Shown one piece after another: positions 48,561-63,659 of a DNA stretch of 64,000 nt (position 1 is the stretch's first letter; the number at the start of each line of letters is the position of its first letter). The notes under the pieces were generated by a model. The model saw nothing but the letters and a program-made list of their open reading frames with translations, was not told the DNA's origin and did not search any database. Both the position numbers and the translations under genes were made by a program. Source of the stretch: Eledone cirrhosa (lineage: Eukaryota); contig OZ024741.1 in NCBI GenBank assembly GCA_964016885.1, positions 185,442,001 to 185,506,000 on the forward strand, given 5' to 3'.

Positions 48561-49003
48561 CTGATCTTTATCATTTCAAAACGCTACAGTGAGAAGCTAA
48601 ATATATTGGAATTATTTAATGATCGTCCTTTTATGACTGGGAGTAAATACGCATAGTGTGCGTGGGTGGGTGGCTGGGTGGAAAAGGGCGGTTGGTTAAA
48701 ATCTTCGACGTAATTGTTGTAGTTTTGCTGAAAGTTAACCTCGAGCAAGCAGACTATGATCAGAAGGCATCCCAGCCGTGTCAATCATATACTAAGTACA
48801 CTTTCATTTCCCTAGACACTAGAGGTAGGATTACATGGAGAATTTACTGTTTCTCACTAGTCTTGATGCAAAATGGCGCAGAACCCGGTTGCACATGTAA
48901 ACAGTAAGATGATGTGGAAGTTGAGTGTATACATGTTGTGAGGGTGTGAGATGATAATTGTGATGATGATGGTGACGACGATGGTTATGTTGATGTTGAT
49001 AAT

Positions 49004-49163
49004 AATTGTTTCTCCCTTTGGCACAAGGCCAGCAATTATCCCAGTGCATTACTGGTACTTTATTTTATCGACACCGTAATGATGAAAGGCAAAGTTAACC
49101 TCGGCGGGATGTGAACTCATATCGTAAAGGGCCGTAACTCTATGCTGCAAATCAGGGCGTCCA
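49004..49163 (-). mobile_element. Main SINE, 5'-truncated
   Basis: Family match. Confidence 0.9.
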
Positions 49164-49179
49164 AATAGGGATAAGGAAG

Positions 49180-49230
49180 GTTTTATGTTGATGATAATGA
49201 ATATGATGATCATGTTGCTGTTTTTGTTGT

Positions 49231-49269
<39 letters not shown>

Positions 49270-49718
49270 GAATGATGATGATGAGAATGATGATGATGAT
49301 GCCGTTGATGATGATGATGATGACGATGATGACGATCATTTTGACGACTACTACAAAAGCGCCGACTATGATGAAGATATGGTGAAGATGGTGATGATGA
49401 AGATGATAGTGGTGGTGGTGGTGGTGGCGATGGTGGTAATGATGATGATGATGATGTTGATAATGATGATGATAATAATGACAATGATGATGATGATGAT
49501 GATGATGACGATGACGATGATGATGATTGTATTGATGATGATGATGATTATGATGATGATAATAATTTTGATGTTGTTGACGATGATGATGATGATGATG
49601 ATGATGGTGATGATGATAATGATGATGATAATGATTATAATGATGGTGATGATGATGACGATGGAGGTGATCGAATTGATGATGATGATAATGATGATGA
49701 CGATGATGATACTGATGA

Positions 49719-49752
<34 letters not shown>

Positions 49753-50229
49753 GGTGGTGGTCATCATGATGATGATGATGGTGATGATGGACACCGATGA
49801 AGCTGCCCGCTCGAGGTAGTGGTGATGAATTATGATGATTATATTGGTTGATGATGCTGATGATAATGATGATGATTGATGAAGACGGTGATGATGAAGA
49901 TGGCGATGATATTTGTGATGGTGTAGATGATGATGAAGTGTGAGGAGGAGGAGGGGGAGGAAGAGAAACGGGTGTATGGGTTTACACATTATACTTCAAT
50001 GTAAATTAATGTTGTCAGTTTAGCAAGTGTGAGCTGCAACATTACAGATGCAGGTGCAGCTGCTGATACTGATGCAAGAAACTGCATTAATGGCTGCAAT
50101 TAAGGAATATAAACAAACAAAAACTATAATAAACAATAATAAAACAAAGAATGTTGTCAGTGTCGTTAACAGTCTTACTGCCACACTGGCAGCTGTTTGT
50201 GTCAACTGTCGGTGAATGACAGCAGTAGC

Positions 50230-50283
<54 letters not shown>

Positions 50284-50407
50284 GGTGGTGGTGGTGGTGG
50301 TGGTGGCGGCGGTAGTAGTAGTAGTAGTAGTAGTGGTAGTAGTAGTAGTAGTAGTAGTAATGGTGGTGGTGGTGGTGGTGGTAGTGGTGGTGGTGGTGGT
50401 GGTGGCG

Positions 50408-50441
<34 letters not shown>

Positions 50442-50517
50442 TGGTGGTGGTGGCGGTATGGTGGTGGTGGGGTTGATGGTAGTAGTAGTAGTGGTGGTGG
50501 CGGTGGTGTTGCTGATG

Positions 50518-50573
<56 letters not shown>

Positions 50574-50705
50574 GGCGGTATGGTGGTGGTGTTGATGGTA
50601 GTAGTAGTAGTAGTAGTAGTAGTAGTTGTGGTGGTGGCTGTGGTGGTGGTGGGGTTGATGGTAGTAGTAGTAGTGGTGGTGGCGGTGGCGGTGGTGTTGC
50701 TGATG

Positions 50706-50758
<53 letters not shown>

Positions 50759-50798
50759 GGTGGTGGTGGTGGTGGTGGTGGTGGTGGTGGTGGTTATG

Positions 50799-50848
<50 letters not shown>

Positions 50849-50859
50849 GGTGGTGTTTA

Positions 50860-50890
<31 letters not shown>

Positions 50891-50903
50891 GTTGTTGTTG
50901 TTG

Positions 50904-50944
<41 letters not shown>

Positions 50945-50970
50945 GGTGGTGGTGGTGGTGGAGGTAGTAT

Positions 50971-51019
<49 letters not shown>

Positions 51020-51045
51020 GGTGGTGGTGGTGGTGAAGGTAGTAT

Positions 51046-51091
<46 letters not shown>

Positions 51092-51152
51092 GGTGGTGGT
51101 GATGGTAGTACTAGTAGTAGTAGTAGTGTTGTTGTTGTTGGTGGTGGTAGTG

Positions 51153-51213
<61 letters not shown>

Positions 51214-51507
51214 CAGTAGTAGTAGTAGTAGTAGTTTCTGTTGGTATTGAAGAAGTAGAAAGAGAAGAAGAAGAAGAAGAAGAAGAAGAAGAAGAAGAAG
51301 AAGAAGAAGAAGAAGGAGGAGGTGGTGAAGGTGGAGGTGCTAGAGGAGCAGGAGGAGGACGTGGTAGAGGAGGAGGAGGAGAAGGAGGAGGAGGAGGAGG
51401 AGGAGGAGGAGGAGGAGGAGGAGGAGGAGGAGGAGGAGGAGAAAAATGATAGTAGGATGTACATGAGTAGAAAAAGAAGACAACATTTGCAAGAAGCAGT
51501 TGATAGT

Positions 51508-51562
<55 letters not shown>
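49180..51562. repeat. Compound trinucleotide field: (GAT)n, (AGT)n/(GGT)n, (GAA)n, (GGA)n, then (GATA)n
   Basis: Directly visible; short unique island at about 49980-50220. Confidence 0.95.
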
Positions 51563-51563
<1 letters not shown>

Positions 51564-51679
51564 TAAGGGGAGATAATCAAGCAAAGAAAACAACTCGTAA
51601 ATTCAGTTAGTGCTGAAAACGTAAAGAAAATGGGAATTTCCTCGGTTTCAGTACGTGTTCAACATTTTCCCCATTCTCT

Positions 51680-51766
<87 letters not shown>

Positions 51767-52412
51767 TCACTCTATCTTCCTCTCTCCCTCTCAATATATC
51801 CTACCTTTTCCCAGTCACTCTCTTTCTCATTCTGGCTGCTTGCTAGCACGTGGGTCTACCACCAATGTAACCTACAACATTTCACGAACAGCACTGTATA
51901 GGACCACTTGACCTATGAAAAATTGCAAGGAATCTTACCTTAAATCACATATTACTGTATTAAAAAAAGGTTCTTTTTTATGCTGTAGTTATTGGTGCCA
52001 TGTTTCCGTAACAGGCGTTGGTATGGGCATTGCTGGACTATTATCATATATACCAATTGTTCTGCTGGATGATGTGATTACGTGTAGTTATCACATGTAG
52101 TGTACCCCGGCAAACAGTTTTCCCCCTTAATTACAATTTCAATCCGAGTGAACAATGATCAGTCCAATACATAGCAAATGGGGCCTAGAATTTCTATGTG
52201 GAACCTAGACATGTCCTGCGAGTTTTAGAGGGGTTATTACGGTATTATGGCAATATACAATTGACTTTTAAGTTTGATTTCTGTCGATCTGAACATACTT
52301 ATGATCATTTACTTTCAAATAAAAGAATCTTCAATTGTATTAACAGTTATTTTATCTCTATATGTTAAATCAGTATAAATCCTTTTGGGAAATATTATTT
52401 TGGAGATAAGTA

Positions 52413-52599
52413 GGGCGGTGGATTGGCAGTATCGGTAGAGAGTCGGACACCATGCTTTGAAGCACAGAGTTACGTCCCTTTATGATCTGAGTTCAAATCC
52501 CGCCGAGCTTAACGTTGCCTTTCATCCTTACGGGATCGATAAAATAAAGTACCAGTAATGCACTGGGTGATTGCTGCCCTTGTGCCAAATGTAGAAACA
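52413..52599 (+). mobile_element. Main SINE, full length
   Basis: TSD attattttggagataa at about 52394 and 52600. Confidence 0.92.
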
Positions 52600-53595
52600 A
52601 TTATTTTGGAGATAAATTAAGAAATCATTAAATATCAAATTTACTTAGTATTGTATGTATTCCAAACTTTAAAGTAAACGGTGATTAACTACATTAAATA
52701 TAAGTAAAATGAAATCGTAAAATGATAAGAATTGCGAGAAAACCTATCGTGTCAAAGCGTTGGATACTGACACGATTCCTAAGATTAGTATGCAATAATT
52801 AATTTAACATATTTTCCATGATATATTATCTATACAGCTAACATTTAATATTTCGGTGTAGTATAATTGTGAAATGACAAATTTCAGGCACTTTTCGTGT
52901 GTCGTATCTTCATTTTAACTTTCATAGTGCAAGAAATATTTCCGTGAATACAAATTCTTAAACAATGATTAATTTCAAGTATGTTTAACATAGGACCATG
53001 TAATCGGAATGTAAATAACTACATGAAGATTGGCAATAGTGATGTTCGTTGCAATGTGTTTTTTCTCCTCATAATTCTTTAATCTGTGGCACACCATCTT
53101 CTTAAATGGATGGTTGTATAGAGTTAAAAGCAGTGTTCATACGAGAAAAATGAATTAATAGTTTAATATCAAACACAGTGTTTTTCTCAATTTATATAAG
53201 TTATCTGTATAACAGTAGCTCTACAAAATGAATTTCGACAAAGATTTCTCCTGCTGTTTGATAATCGGAACAGTCTGCAGATGAAATTAATGGATATGGT
53301 GTTAAGCATTCAATCGATGTGTCCCATTAATACATTGCTCGGTGAGATTCAAAACAACAGAATATGTAACACAATTGGATTACTGAAGTACGTATAAACT
53401 CCAGACAATTGTTTTGCCTAACACATATCTTTAAAGGTTTTGCGCTGATTGAAGTATATGGTAAAACAAACTTGCTCAAGATTCCAAGCCGAGCTTGCGT
53501 TTTTTTTTACTAATATATCCACTCTGTATCCTCCCATGTATCGAGTATTTCACAGATTTGTGGGATTCCCAGTCCCATATCGTAAGTTATATATA

Positions 53596-53671
<76 letters not shown>

Positions 53672-53834
53672 GATTGGTGCTCTAAAATAGCGATATTTAC
53701 ATGACTGTATGTATAGTGAATTTGGCAATATAGCGTATGATTAATTGAAAGCATTTAGAAGTCCATACGCTATCGGTTTTAAAGAGGTGACTATATCACT
53801 TACTTCTTTTCGGCGAAGGAAAGGAGAGAAGCTA

Positions 53835-53870
53835 ACTGACCGTTTCATGCTGTTTGGCGATCATCAGAGC
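53835..53870 (-). ncRNA. Degenerate minimal hammerhead motif
   Basis: gct-CTGATGA-tcgccaaacagcat-GAAAC-g-GTC-agt; very short stems. Confidence 0.45.
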
Positions 53871-53934
53871 AACGCATCCCCTGCTTCCGCGAAAATTATA
53901 GAAGCTGGATACTTATAGAATTCCATATATATAT

Positions 53935-54337
<403 letters not shown>

Positions 54338-54606
54338 ATATATATATATAGTTATATGTGTGTGTGTGTGCGTGTGTCTGCGTGTGCATATGTGTGTCTG
54401 TGTGTGTGTGCGTGTGTGTATAAATATACATACATATATATATATATTTATTTATATATATGTATATATATATATATATATGTATTTATACACACACTCA
54501 CACACACACATACACACAAACACACATACACAAACACACACACACATATATATATATAAATATATATATGTGTGTGTGTGTATAATATTAATAAACAAGA
54601 AAGACG

Positions 54607-54841
54607 GTTTCATTTGTACATCCTTATTTATTTTGTTATACGTATTTCAAGACGCAACGCAGTTGTATAATAACTGCCCTATGTGTCCTCTTCAGACAAA
54701 AATCCAAACGAGATATAACGCCCTATCGATATGTTATCGGTCATACGTGTTATTCACTTCGTCTACCAGTAAGCATATATCCGAAATTGTCAAGTCTTTG
54801 AAATACGTATAACAAAATACATAAGGATGTACAAATGAAAC
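54607..54841. mobile_element. Fold-back element carrying a hammerhead
   Basis: Arms gtttcatttgtacatccttat...tttcaa / ttgaaatacgtataac...gtacaaatgaaac. Confidence 0.75.
54631..54701 (-). ncRNA. Type-I hammerhead motif (canonical core)
   Basis: ttttgt-CTGAAGA-ggac...gcagtt..aactgc...gtctt-GAAA-tacgta-TA-acaaaa, overlapping AATAAA. Confidence 0.8.
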
Positions 54842-54863
54842 TGCCAATGTTATATATTATTAT

Positions 54864-55044
54864 AATTGTTTCTACTTTTGGCACAGGTCAGCAGTTATCC
54901 AAGTGTATTACTGGTAATTTATATTATCGACCCCGTAAGGATGAAAGGTAAAGTTAACTTCGGCGGGATTTGAACTCAGATCATAAAGGGCCGTAACTCG
55001 TTGTTGCAAAGCATGGCGTCCGACCCTCTACCGATACTGCCAAT
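54864..55044 (-). mobile_element. Main SINE
   Basis: Family match. Confidence 0.9.
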
Positions 55045-55177
55045 TGCCAATCAACCATTGTAATAAAACACCGCATGAACAAAAATCGTGCAATGCTTTC
55101 CATCTGTTAAGAAAAAGTCGGTTGATTTTCATTCAGCCAACTCTTTCTTCAACTGAATTTATATATATATATATATA

Positions 55178-55921
55178 TGGAGGCTTAGTAAAATCGAATC
55201 TTTGGCGGTGTGCAAGTAAATTCGACCTACTATATGAATGAGTTAGCAAAGCACTCGACAAGGTAGGTCCTTAGAGTAATAACATGTTTAAATAGCTTGA
55301 CAAATTGAATATTGTGGTAGGCAAAATCTAACACACAATATACCAAAGTAACGAAAGAACTAACAGGCTGAGAAAAAATACACCTGGACAAATCAAACGT
55401 TATACGTTTAAAGTGTTTCTATGAATCCGAAATCAAATATCAGACTTACGTAACTGGCAAGCTCCTGGTATTCATGATCGAACAGAGGATTCATTTCATC
55501 AACAGGATTTCGTTATACCAAAGAACGAGGCGAAATACTAAACGTTGCAGCTAGCGGCAGTGAATCGAACGTTTAGTTGTCACGTGTTATTTCCAACAAG
55601 GGAAATAACCCCAGGCTTTTGGCGAGACATTCAAAGTGTTAGACAAAGGAAATATAACTTCCGCCAACATTCAGTATAAGATCTCGACCAGATGTTATTT
55701 AACAAACACAAATAATTAACCAATCAACAGAATTGTCTAATTGAATTAATTAGTTAATTATTAAATCTAGGAGAAAATAATATAATTGGAGACTTAGTGA
55801 AATGGAATCTTTGGCGGCGTGCAAGCAAATTTGACCTACTATATGAATGAGTTAGCAAAGCACTTGACAAGGTAGGTCCTTAGTGTAATATCATACGTTT
55901 AAATAGCTTGACAAATTGAAT
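55178..55921. mobile_element. Family Z repeat with terminal direct repeat
   Basis: First about 135 bp (55178-55312) repeated at 55788-55921; TA flanks. Confidence 0.7.
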
Positions 55922-55942
55922 ATATATATACATATATCTATC

Positions 55943-56067
<125 letters not shown>

Positions 56068-56150
56068 ATATATATGAATATATATATATCTGAATATATA
56101 TATATATATTGAATGAAACAGTTCTAGTTCTGTAGAAGACATTTCTATAT

Positions 56151-56202
<52 letters not shown>

Positions 56203-56270
56203 ATATAGAAATGGCTTCTACAGAACTAGAACTGTTTCATTCTATGTTCAAAGGAAATCATAAGTACTTT

Positions 56271-56659
56271 ACTTACTGTGGTTACCTCCGATTGAACCCG
56301 GAACTCACACTCATATATATAAAGTCACTCCGCCACCACCACACCACAGCCCATCCCAGCCAGCGACCGTCACCAACATCTCATCATTACATCCACCCCC
56401 ACATACACTACAGATGAATACATCCCTATCATCTGTTCCACCAGTCAAAACAACTCATATTGACCAACTTATGAACTTCTGACTTTATCATATAGCATGT
56501 ATTCATTTTCTTATAGCATTTTAAAGGGCCCGTCGAGCAGCCGATTATAGAGTCGGGTAAGATCGATACAGATCGAACCTTGAGCTGATCAATGGCGAAG
56601 CGCGCGTCACCTACCAATAAATGTAATGAAGGAGTAACCAATCGTCCTTATTACCCTTT

Positions 56660-56719
<60 letters not shown>

Positions 56720-57105
56720 AAAGGATAATGACGATTGGTTACTCCTTCATTACATTTATTGGTAGGCGACGCGCGCTTCGCCACTGATCAGCTCAAGGTT
56801 CGATCTGTATCGATCTTACCCGACTCTATAATCGGCTGCTCGACGGGCCCTTTAAAATGCTATAAGAAAATGAATACATGCTATATGATAAAGTCAGATG
56901 TTCATAAGTTGGTCAATATGAGTTGTTTTGACTGGTGGAACAGATGATAGGGATGTATTCATCTGTAGTGTATGTGGGGGTGGATGTAATGATAAGATGT
57001 TGGTGACGGTCGCTGGCTGGGATGGGCTGTGGTGTGGTGGTGGCGGAGTGACTTTATATATATGAGTGTGAGTTCCGGGTTCAATCGGAGGTAACCACAG
57101 TAAGT
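56271..57105. mobile_element. Inverted repeat with about 390-bp arms centred on (TA)n (family X plus family B-like tail)
   Basis: Arms 56271-56662 and 56716-57105, few mismatches; mirrored ORFs 56429-56641 and 56735-56947. Confidence 0.9.
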
Positions 57106-57116
57106 GGTATATATAT

Positions 57117-57515
57117 ATATATATATATTAGAAAGTGAGGTTTTTTTTTACAAATTGAAAAATAACCGAGGTGTCCTACTCGAGTGAAAGTATAAAGAAA
57201 AAGAGATGAAATCGAAAATGCAACTGGAGTCTTATTTAAAAAAATTTTTTTTTTTTTTTTTAAATATATATATTTATTTGGTTCCTTTACCGGTTTCGCA
57301 GTTCTTCTGCTTTTCAAAAGGTGAGTTGAGATGGAGGGTCTGTGGTTTTTCTCACATCTGAGAAAAACCACAGACCCTCCATCTCAACTCACCATTTGAA
57401 AAGCAGAAGAACTGCGAAACCGGTAAAGGAACCAAATAAATATATATATTTTAAAAAAAATAATAATAATAATAATAATAAGACTGCAGTTGCATTTTCG
57501 ATTTCATCTATTTTT

Positions 57516-57520
<5 letters not shown>
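57117..57520. mobile_element. Fold-back element with two U3-A8 hammerheads
   Basis: Axis ttctca-catc-tgagaa at about 57356; left arm carries extra tail. Confidence 0.85.
57284..57321 (-). ncRNA. Minimal hammerhead motif, U3-A8 core variant (mirror copy 57392-57429, +)
   Basis: cctt-TTGAAAA-gcag-aagaa-ctgc-GAAAC-cg-GTA-aagg followed by AATAAA. Confidence 0.75.
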
Positions 57521-57593
<73 letters not shown>

Positions 57594-57728
57594 ATATAGA
57601 AATGGCTTCTATAGAACTAGAACTGTTTCATTCAAACTTCAAAGGATATCATAAGTACTTTACTTACTATGGTTACCTCCGATTGAACCCGGCACTCACA
57701 CTCACACAAATGCATACATACATACATA

Positions 57729-60445
57729 TGAAGAACAAAATAATAAGTGTCACTGAGGCCCCATCCCAGAAAGATATAGATTCCTTTTGGAGCAAAACAT
57801 GGGGTAAAAAAAAGAATTTCAACCAAGATGCAGTGTGGCTAAAAGAAATCCGAAAGAACTAATGCTCCTACACTACAACAAAAACAAACGAAATAAGTGA
57901 GGCTACGCTTGAGACTTTGATAGGAATACTCCAAGATATGAAAACACCAGGAAGAGACATGATTGTCGGCTACTGGTACACAAATCTGATATTCTATCGG
58001 AGGTATCTTACTGACATCTACCAACAAGTTCTTAAGGGAGATACACTTATACCAGAATGGTTGACAATAGCACAAACATTACTGCTCCCCAAGAACAAAA
58101 ACACCCACTTTGCAAAAAACTACCGATCCACTGCATGCCAGAACCTGATGTATGAGATGTTTACAGTCTGCCTGAACCTATTCCTCCAAGATCACTGTGA
58201 AAATAATAACATCATCACAGATGAACAAGCAGCTGGAAAGAAAGGGGTTTGGTGATGTGCTGAACAATTCCTAATCAACAAAACTGCGATGTCGGAGGTG
58301 CGACAACTTAGGAGAAACATGGCTACAGTCTGGCTGGACTACAGGAAAGCTTTCGATTCTGTTCCCCACTCTTGGATGATAGAGGCCCTCCAACCTGCTA
58401 AAGTCCCAGACATTATTATCAGAGCCATAGAGAAGCTGTCTTCTTCTTGGGCTACTAGCCTAAGGTTAAAGACAGAGAGGGAGGACTCTATTTTCACTGA
58501 TAAAATAAATTATCGCAGTGGTATATTTCAGAGAGACAGTCTCTCTGTGATATTATTCATCCTGTCATTAAACCCTTTGTCTTTTCTGCTCAAGAAATGT
58601 GGAGGATACATCATTGGCTCACAGGAGGAAGAAATACGAATCTAACCCATAATTTCTTTGTTGATTATCTGAAGCTCCATGCCATGTTGGGATGAAGAAA
58701 AATCCTTGACCTGGTTACAACGTTCTCAAAGGGTATAGGAATGGATTTTGGCCAAGATAAATGCTCATATATGACTGTAAAGCGGGGAAAAACAACAACC
58801 CAATCTAGCAACATTGTCATCAATGGCCTAACTGTTTCACCGTTAACTGATAAGGACTGATACAGATACCTGGGGATAGATGAGAACATATCCTATAATG
58901 GTATCTGTAATAAGGAACGCGTAACCAGGGAATACTACACCCGATTAAGAAAGATTTGGTCATCGGAACTCTCTGCGCAAAACAAAACAGTGGTTCACAA
59001 TGTGTTTTCTGTGCCTGTCCTAACTCAATTGGAATACTCAATTGGACAATAGACGAAATCTGTTGGAACTCGAAAAATACTAAACAACACCGGAAACTTC
59101 CACATCAACAGTGACATAGACCGCCTTTACTTGAATCGTAAGCAGGGAGGCAGAGGCCTAATATCAGTCCAGACAGCAGTTGAATGCCGCATCATAACCC
59201 TCCGACAACATCTACGAACCTCAAAGCGTAGGATCCCGTATCTCGATCAAGTCTATCTGCATGAAACAGATGAGATCATGAGAGTTGGGAAGGAATTCCT
59301 CGAGAGATATTCCCTGTGTGATAATCAAATCTCACACCCAGGGAGGTCGCTCAGCAGTATCGCAGTGAATCCATGGATGAAAAACTGCATGCTTATCAGC
59401 AAATAATCATGCATGGATATGTTGCCAGGAAGCTCCAGAGTGAGAGTAATATAGATAAGAAAGTAGTCTATCTTGGACCAACAACCGCTATATTGGCTCC
59501 CACTTTGAAGGATACGCTTTTGTAATCCAAGTACAGGCAATTAACACGAAATACCTCATTCACAATAGAGATAGGGATGCAGGCAAAACACCTGGATATG
59601 ATAACAAGTGCAGACTCTGCAGAACTAACATCGAGGATATCACTCATGTCATTAGCAGCTGTCAAAAGATGTCATTGCGGTACGATCTACCTATGAGGCG
59701 ATGATGTAATGGCCAAAACACTGTACAATGCAATCCGTGAAAAAGATAGCCCCGATAATAAACACATTAAAAGCTACAACAATGTGGAAGACATCTATGT
59801 ACATAATATGAAAGAGTACTGGTGGAATGTTCCAGTAAAAACCACAATAGAATGCAAGCATAACAGACTAGATATTATGATATGAGACAGGCAGGAGAAA
59901 GCATGCACAGTAGTGGAAATTAGCTGCCCAGCAGATGCCAATATAATATCAAAGATTAACGAAAAGGAGAATATTTATGCAGAACTGATGAGAAATCTGC
60001 AGATACTCCACCCTGATTACACCTTCAGATTTATGCCCGTGATTATTGGGGCACTGGGATATGTTAGTAACTGCCTCAATACAAATCTTGAGAAGCTAGG
60101 CTTCACAGGAACGGAAAGGATACAACTAGTTAGGAAATTACAAGTACAATCCATTAATTCAACAGTAAAAATGTGTAAAACATTCCAAAAACTTTTACAT
60201 CTAATAACTGCATATACACACGTACAGATACAAAGCATATACAACTCAAAATATACAACTAAAAACATACAACTCAAAACATCCCCATCCACACATACAA
60301 TAACATCTATATCTACACATGCATGCATACATAATCTACCTAGTTGATGTGTAAATTCCAATGAGAGAGTCTTGTGTCTATGTTAGAAACCGACTCTCTC
60401 TCTCTATTGGTTAAAGAATTTGTGAAATTATAAAACTAGAAGAAC
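57729..60445 (+). mobile_element. R4/Dong-like non-LTR retrotransposon (RT plus restriction-like endonuclease), 5'-truncated and decayed
   Basis: KNYR..ACQN, WLDYRKAFDSVPHSW, GIFQ.DSLS, GGRGLIS, CRLC..E..H..S.C, EISCP..K..Y; multiple stops and frameshifts. Confidence 0.88.
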
Positions 60446-60469
60446 ATACATACGTACATACATACATAC

Positions 60470-60511
<42 letters not shown>

Positions 60512-60516
<5 letters not shown>

Positions 60517-60741
60517 GTTATTCCGGGTTGAATCGGAGGTAACCACAGTAAGTAAGGTACTCAATACATTACAGAGTATAAAAGTTTTAATATAGATGAG
60601 ATTCTACAGGACTAGAACTGTTTCATTCTTTAGAAATCATCAGGAATCTGGGTATCAAAAAATAAGTAATACTTATTTTTTGATACCCAGATTCCTGATG
60701 ATTTCTAAAGAATGAAACAGTTCTAGTCCTGTAGAATCTCA

Positions 60742-60748
<7 letters not shown>
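60512..60748. mobile_element. Family B fold-back with perfect 79-bp arms
   Basis: Arms 60590-60668 and 60670-60748, 1-nt spacer; extra tail 60512-60589. Confidence 0.9.
60689..60739 (+). ncRNA. Minimal type-I hammerhead motif (mirror copy 60599-60649, -)
   Basis: agattc-CTGATGA-tttctaaagaat-GAAAC-agttctagtcct-GTA-gaatct. Confidence 0.85.
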
Positions 60749-60817
<69 letters not shown>

Positions 60818-62199
60818 TATATAGAGAGAGAGAGAGAGAAAGAAATATACATATATACATAACAGTCGAATGTTGAACAGCGTGGAAATTATATTTGTTC
60901 ACCAAATCATTAATTGAAACCACTTCTAGATAAGGATTACATATAACAATTTTAACAATACATATGAAAAGAAATTTGGATAGACAAGAAGTTAATACAA
61001 TAAAATAACATAAGGTGAAATATTTTAATATTTTAGTATAATTGGAACGTGCGCTTCGTGGTTTTAATTTGGTGGTGTATCAATTGTTTTGATTTGAGTA
61101 AGCAAACTAACATTTTCATTTATGCTTTATATACAATGTAACACCTAATTCAGTTAGGCGAGTGTCATTACATTTGTTAATTTGTTAATCATATAATTTA
61201 TTTTGGGGTTATTAAATTAGTTGGTATGCAACTGATAAGATGCTCCAAAATAGTTATATGTAGATTGTTAATAGGGAGGTCGAATAATTTAAATATATGT
61301 TTTTGTTATAATGCACCATTTTGTAAATTATACATGTCCGTATGCTTATATACTTCTCTCATGCAATTCAATTTACTTTACCTTATTTTATGGTATTCTA
61401 ACTTTATTTGATTCGTTTTATTTTCAATCAACTCAGCGTGTTCTTATGTTACCAGCTTCTACGTGAGATACCCTCTCTCATTTAGTGATTTATTAAATTA
61501 CCCCAATTTTCCACTTTTTATCTATTCGAATTATCGTTCGCCAACCATTCCTACAGCACTGAAGTTGAATATGAAATATATTTGAAGTGGTTTTTATTGC
61601 GATTTTCAAAATGAGCCTGTTTAAATTGTGGTTGATCGTAATCTAGAACTGTCTTATTGACCTAATTTAAAATATAATCAGACACACACACCCAACTACA
61701 CACAAGCACACGTATGTATGCCTGTATGTATGTTTATATGTATGTATATATGTATGAATGTATGTATGTTTGTATGTATGTTTGTATGTATGTAAGGATG
61801 TATGTATGAATATAAGTATGTTTGTATGGATGTATGTATGGATGTATGTACGTAATGTATGTGTGTATACATATGCACACATACACACACATACACGTAC
61901 AAACATATACACAAACACACACAAACACACATACACAGACATATATATATATTCGTAGGTAATAGAAACGCAATACAAACCCAGATACATAAACCCAGAA
62001 ACAAGCACACAGTCACACACACACGCATGCACACGCACACACAAACACACACGCACGCACACGCGCACACATACACACACATACACGCATATGCACATAC
62101 ATCTACAACAAAATATCAGCTCACGTGAGCATACATCGTCAACATTGCGATTGCGACCACGTCAAAAGTTAAAAAAAAAAAAAATGAAAAAAAAAAAAA

Positions 62200-62258
<59 letters not shown>

Positions 62259-62577
62259 TAATAATAATAATAATAATAACAATAATGATTGACAGTAGTG
62301 GCAGATAGTTTTGAAAGTTTCTTTAATTGGAATTTTTATCAAAATTACATTGAAATTACAAACAATAAAAACAACATAAAAATAATAAATAAATAAATAA
62401 ATAATTCTTAGGAAGACAATTATAATTTTGTTGATATTACACTTGTTTTTGCTGTCATTGATGGTGTTGTTATCGTTGTTAACCATGTAGGGAGGTGGTA
62501 GTTTTAACATTGTAGTTGCTGTTGTTGGTGGTGCACGTGTAGCGCTTTTGTTGCAATACTATTCTTAAGAGACTTAA

Positions 62578-62653
<76 letters not shown>

Positions 62654-62880
62654 AATATATACATGCATATATAAATATGTGTGTGTGTGTGCGTGTGTAT
62701 GTATATGTATATATATGTACACACACACATACATACATACATACATACATACATACATACATACATACATACATGTGTGTATATATGTGTGTGTCTGTCT
62801 CTGTATAAGTAGTGTGCATATATATTTATATGTATATAAAAATAAATAAATATATAAATTTAATAAATATATATATATAT

Positions 62881-62918
<38 letters not shown>

Positions 62919-63053
62919 ATATATACATGCATATATAAATATGTGTGTGTGTGCGTATGTATGTATATGTATATATATATACACACACACACACACATAC
63001 ATACATACACACGTATATATATATATATATATATATATAAGTATGTTTATATT

Positions 63054-63137
<84 letters not shown>

Positions 63138-63411
63138 TATGTTTATATTTATGTATGCATATGTTTTATTTACGGATGCATGTATGTACATATGTACACA
63201 TATGTATGCAACTTTTTTTTTCTATAGAAATTATGAGAATTATATGGTACAAGCCAAAAATACATTCCTATTAAGGAGTCTTATCAATCAATACATGATG
63301 TAGACTACTTTAAATTCCAGCAGTGTAGGAATAATTCATAAACGAACATCGCGTGACTTCCGGAGTGACACACATGATTGAAACAGAGGCGCACATGTAT
63401 ATATACACACA

Positions 63412-63511
<100 letters not shown>

Positions 63512-63546
63512 CATATACAAGTACATCTGTAATTATGTATACATGC

Positions 63547-63579
<33 letters not shown>

Positions 63580-63659
63580 TGTATGTATGTATGTATGTAT
63601 GTATGTATCATGTATACCTGATTTCATGCACATGTACATATATGTGTATATTAACATAA

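Noticed and set aside
50020-50205. Hydrophobic 61-aa ORF like a signal or membrane peptide
   Set aside because: Low-complexity sequence between triplet repeats with no splice or homology support
50087-51580. 497-aa ORF and neighbouring poly-T/V/S/P ORFs resembling a mucin
   Set aside because: Translation of trinucleotide repeats that lack stops in several frames; no unique domain
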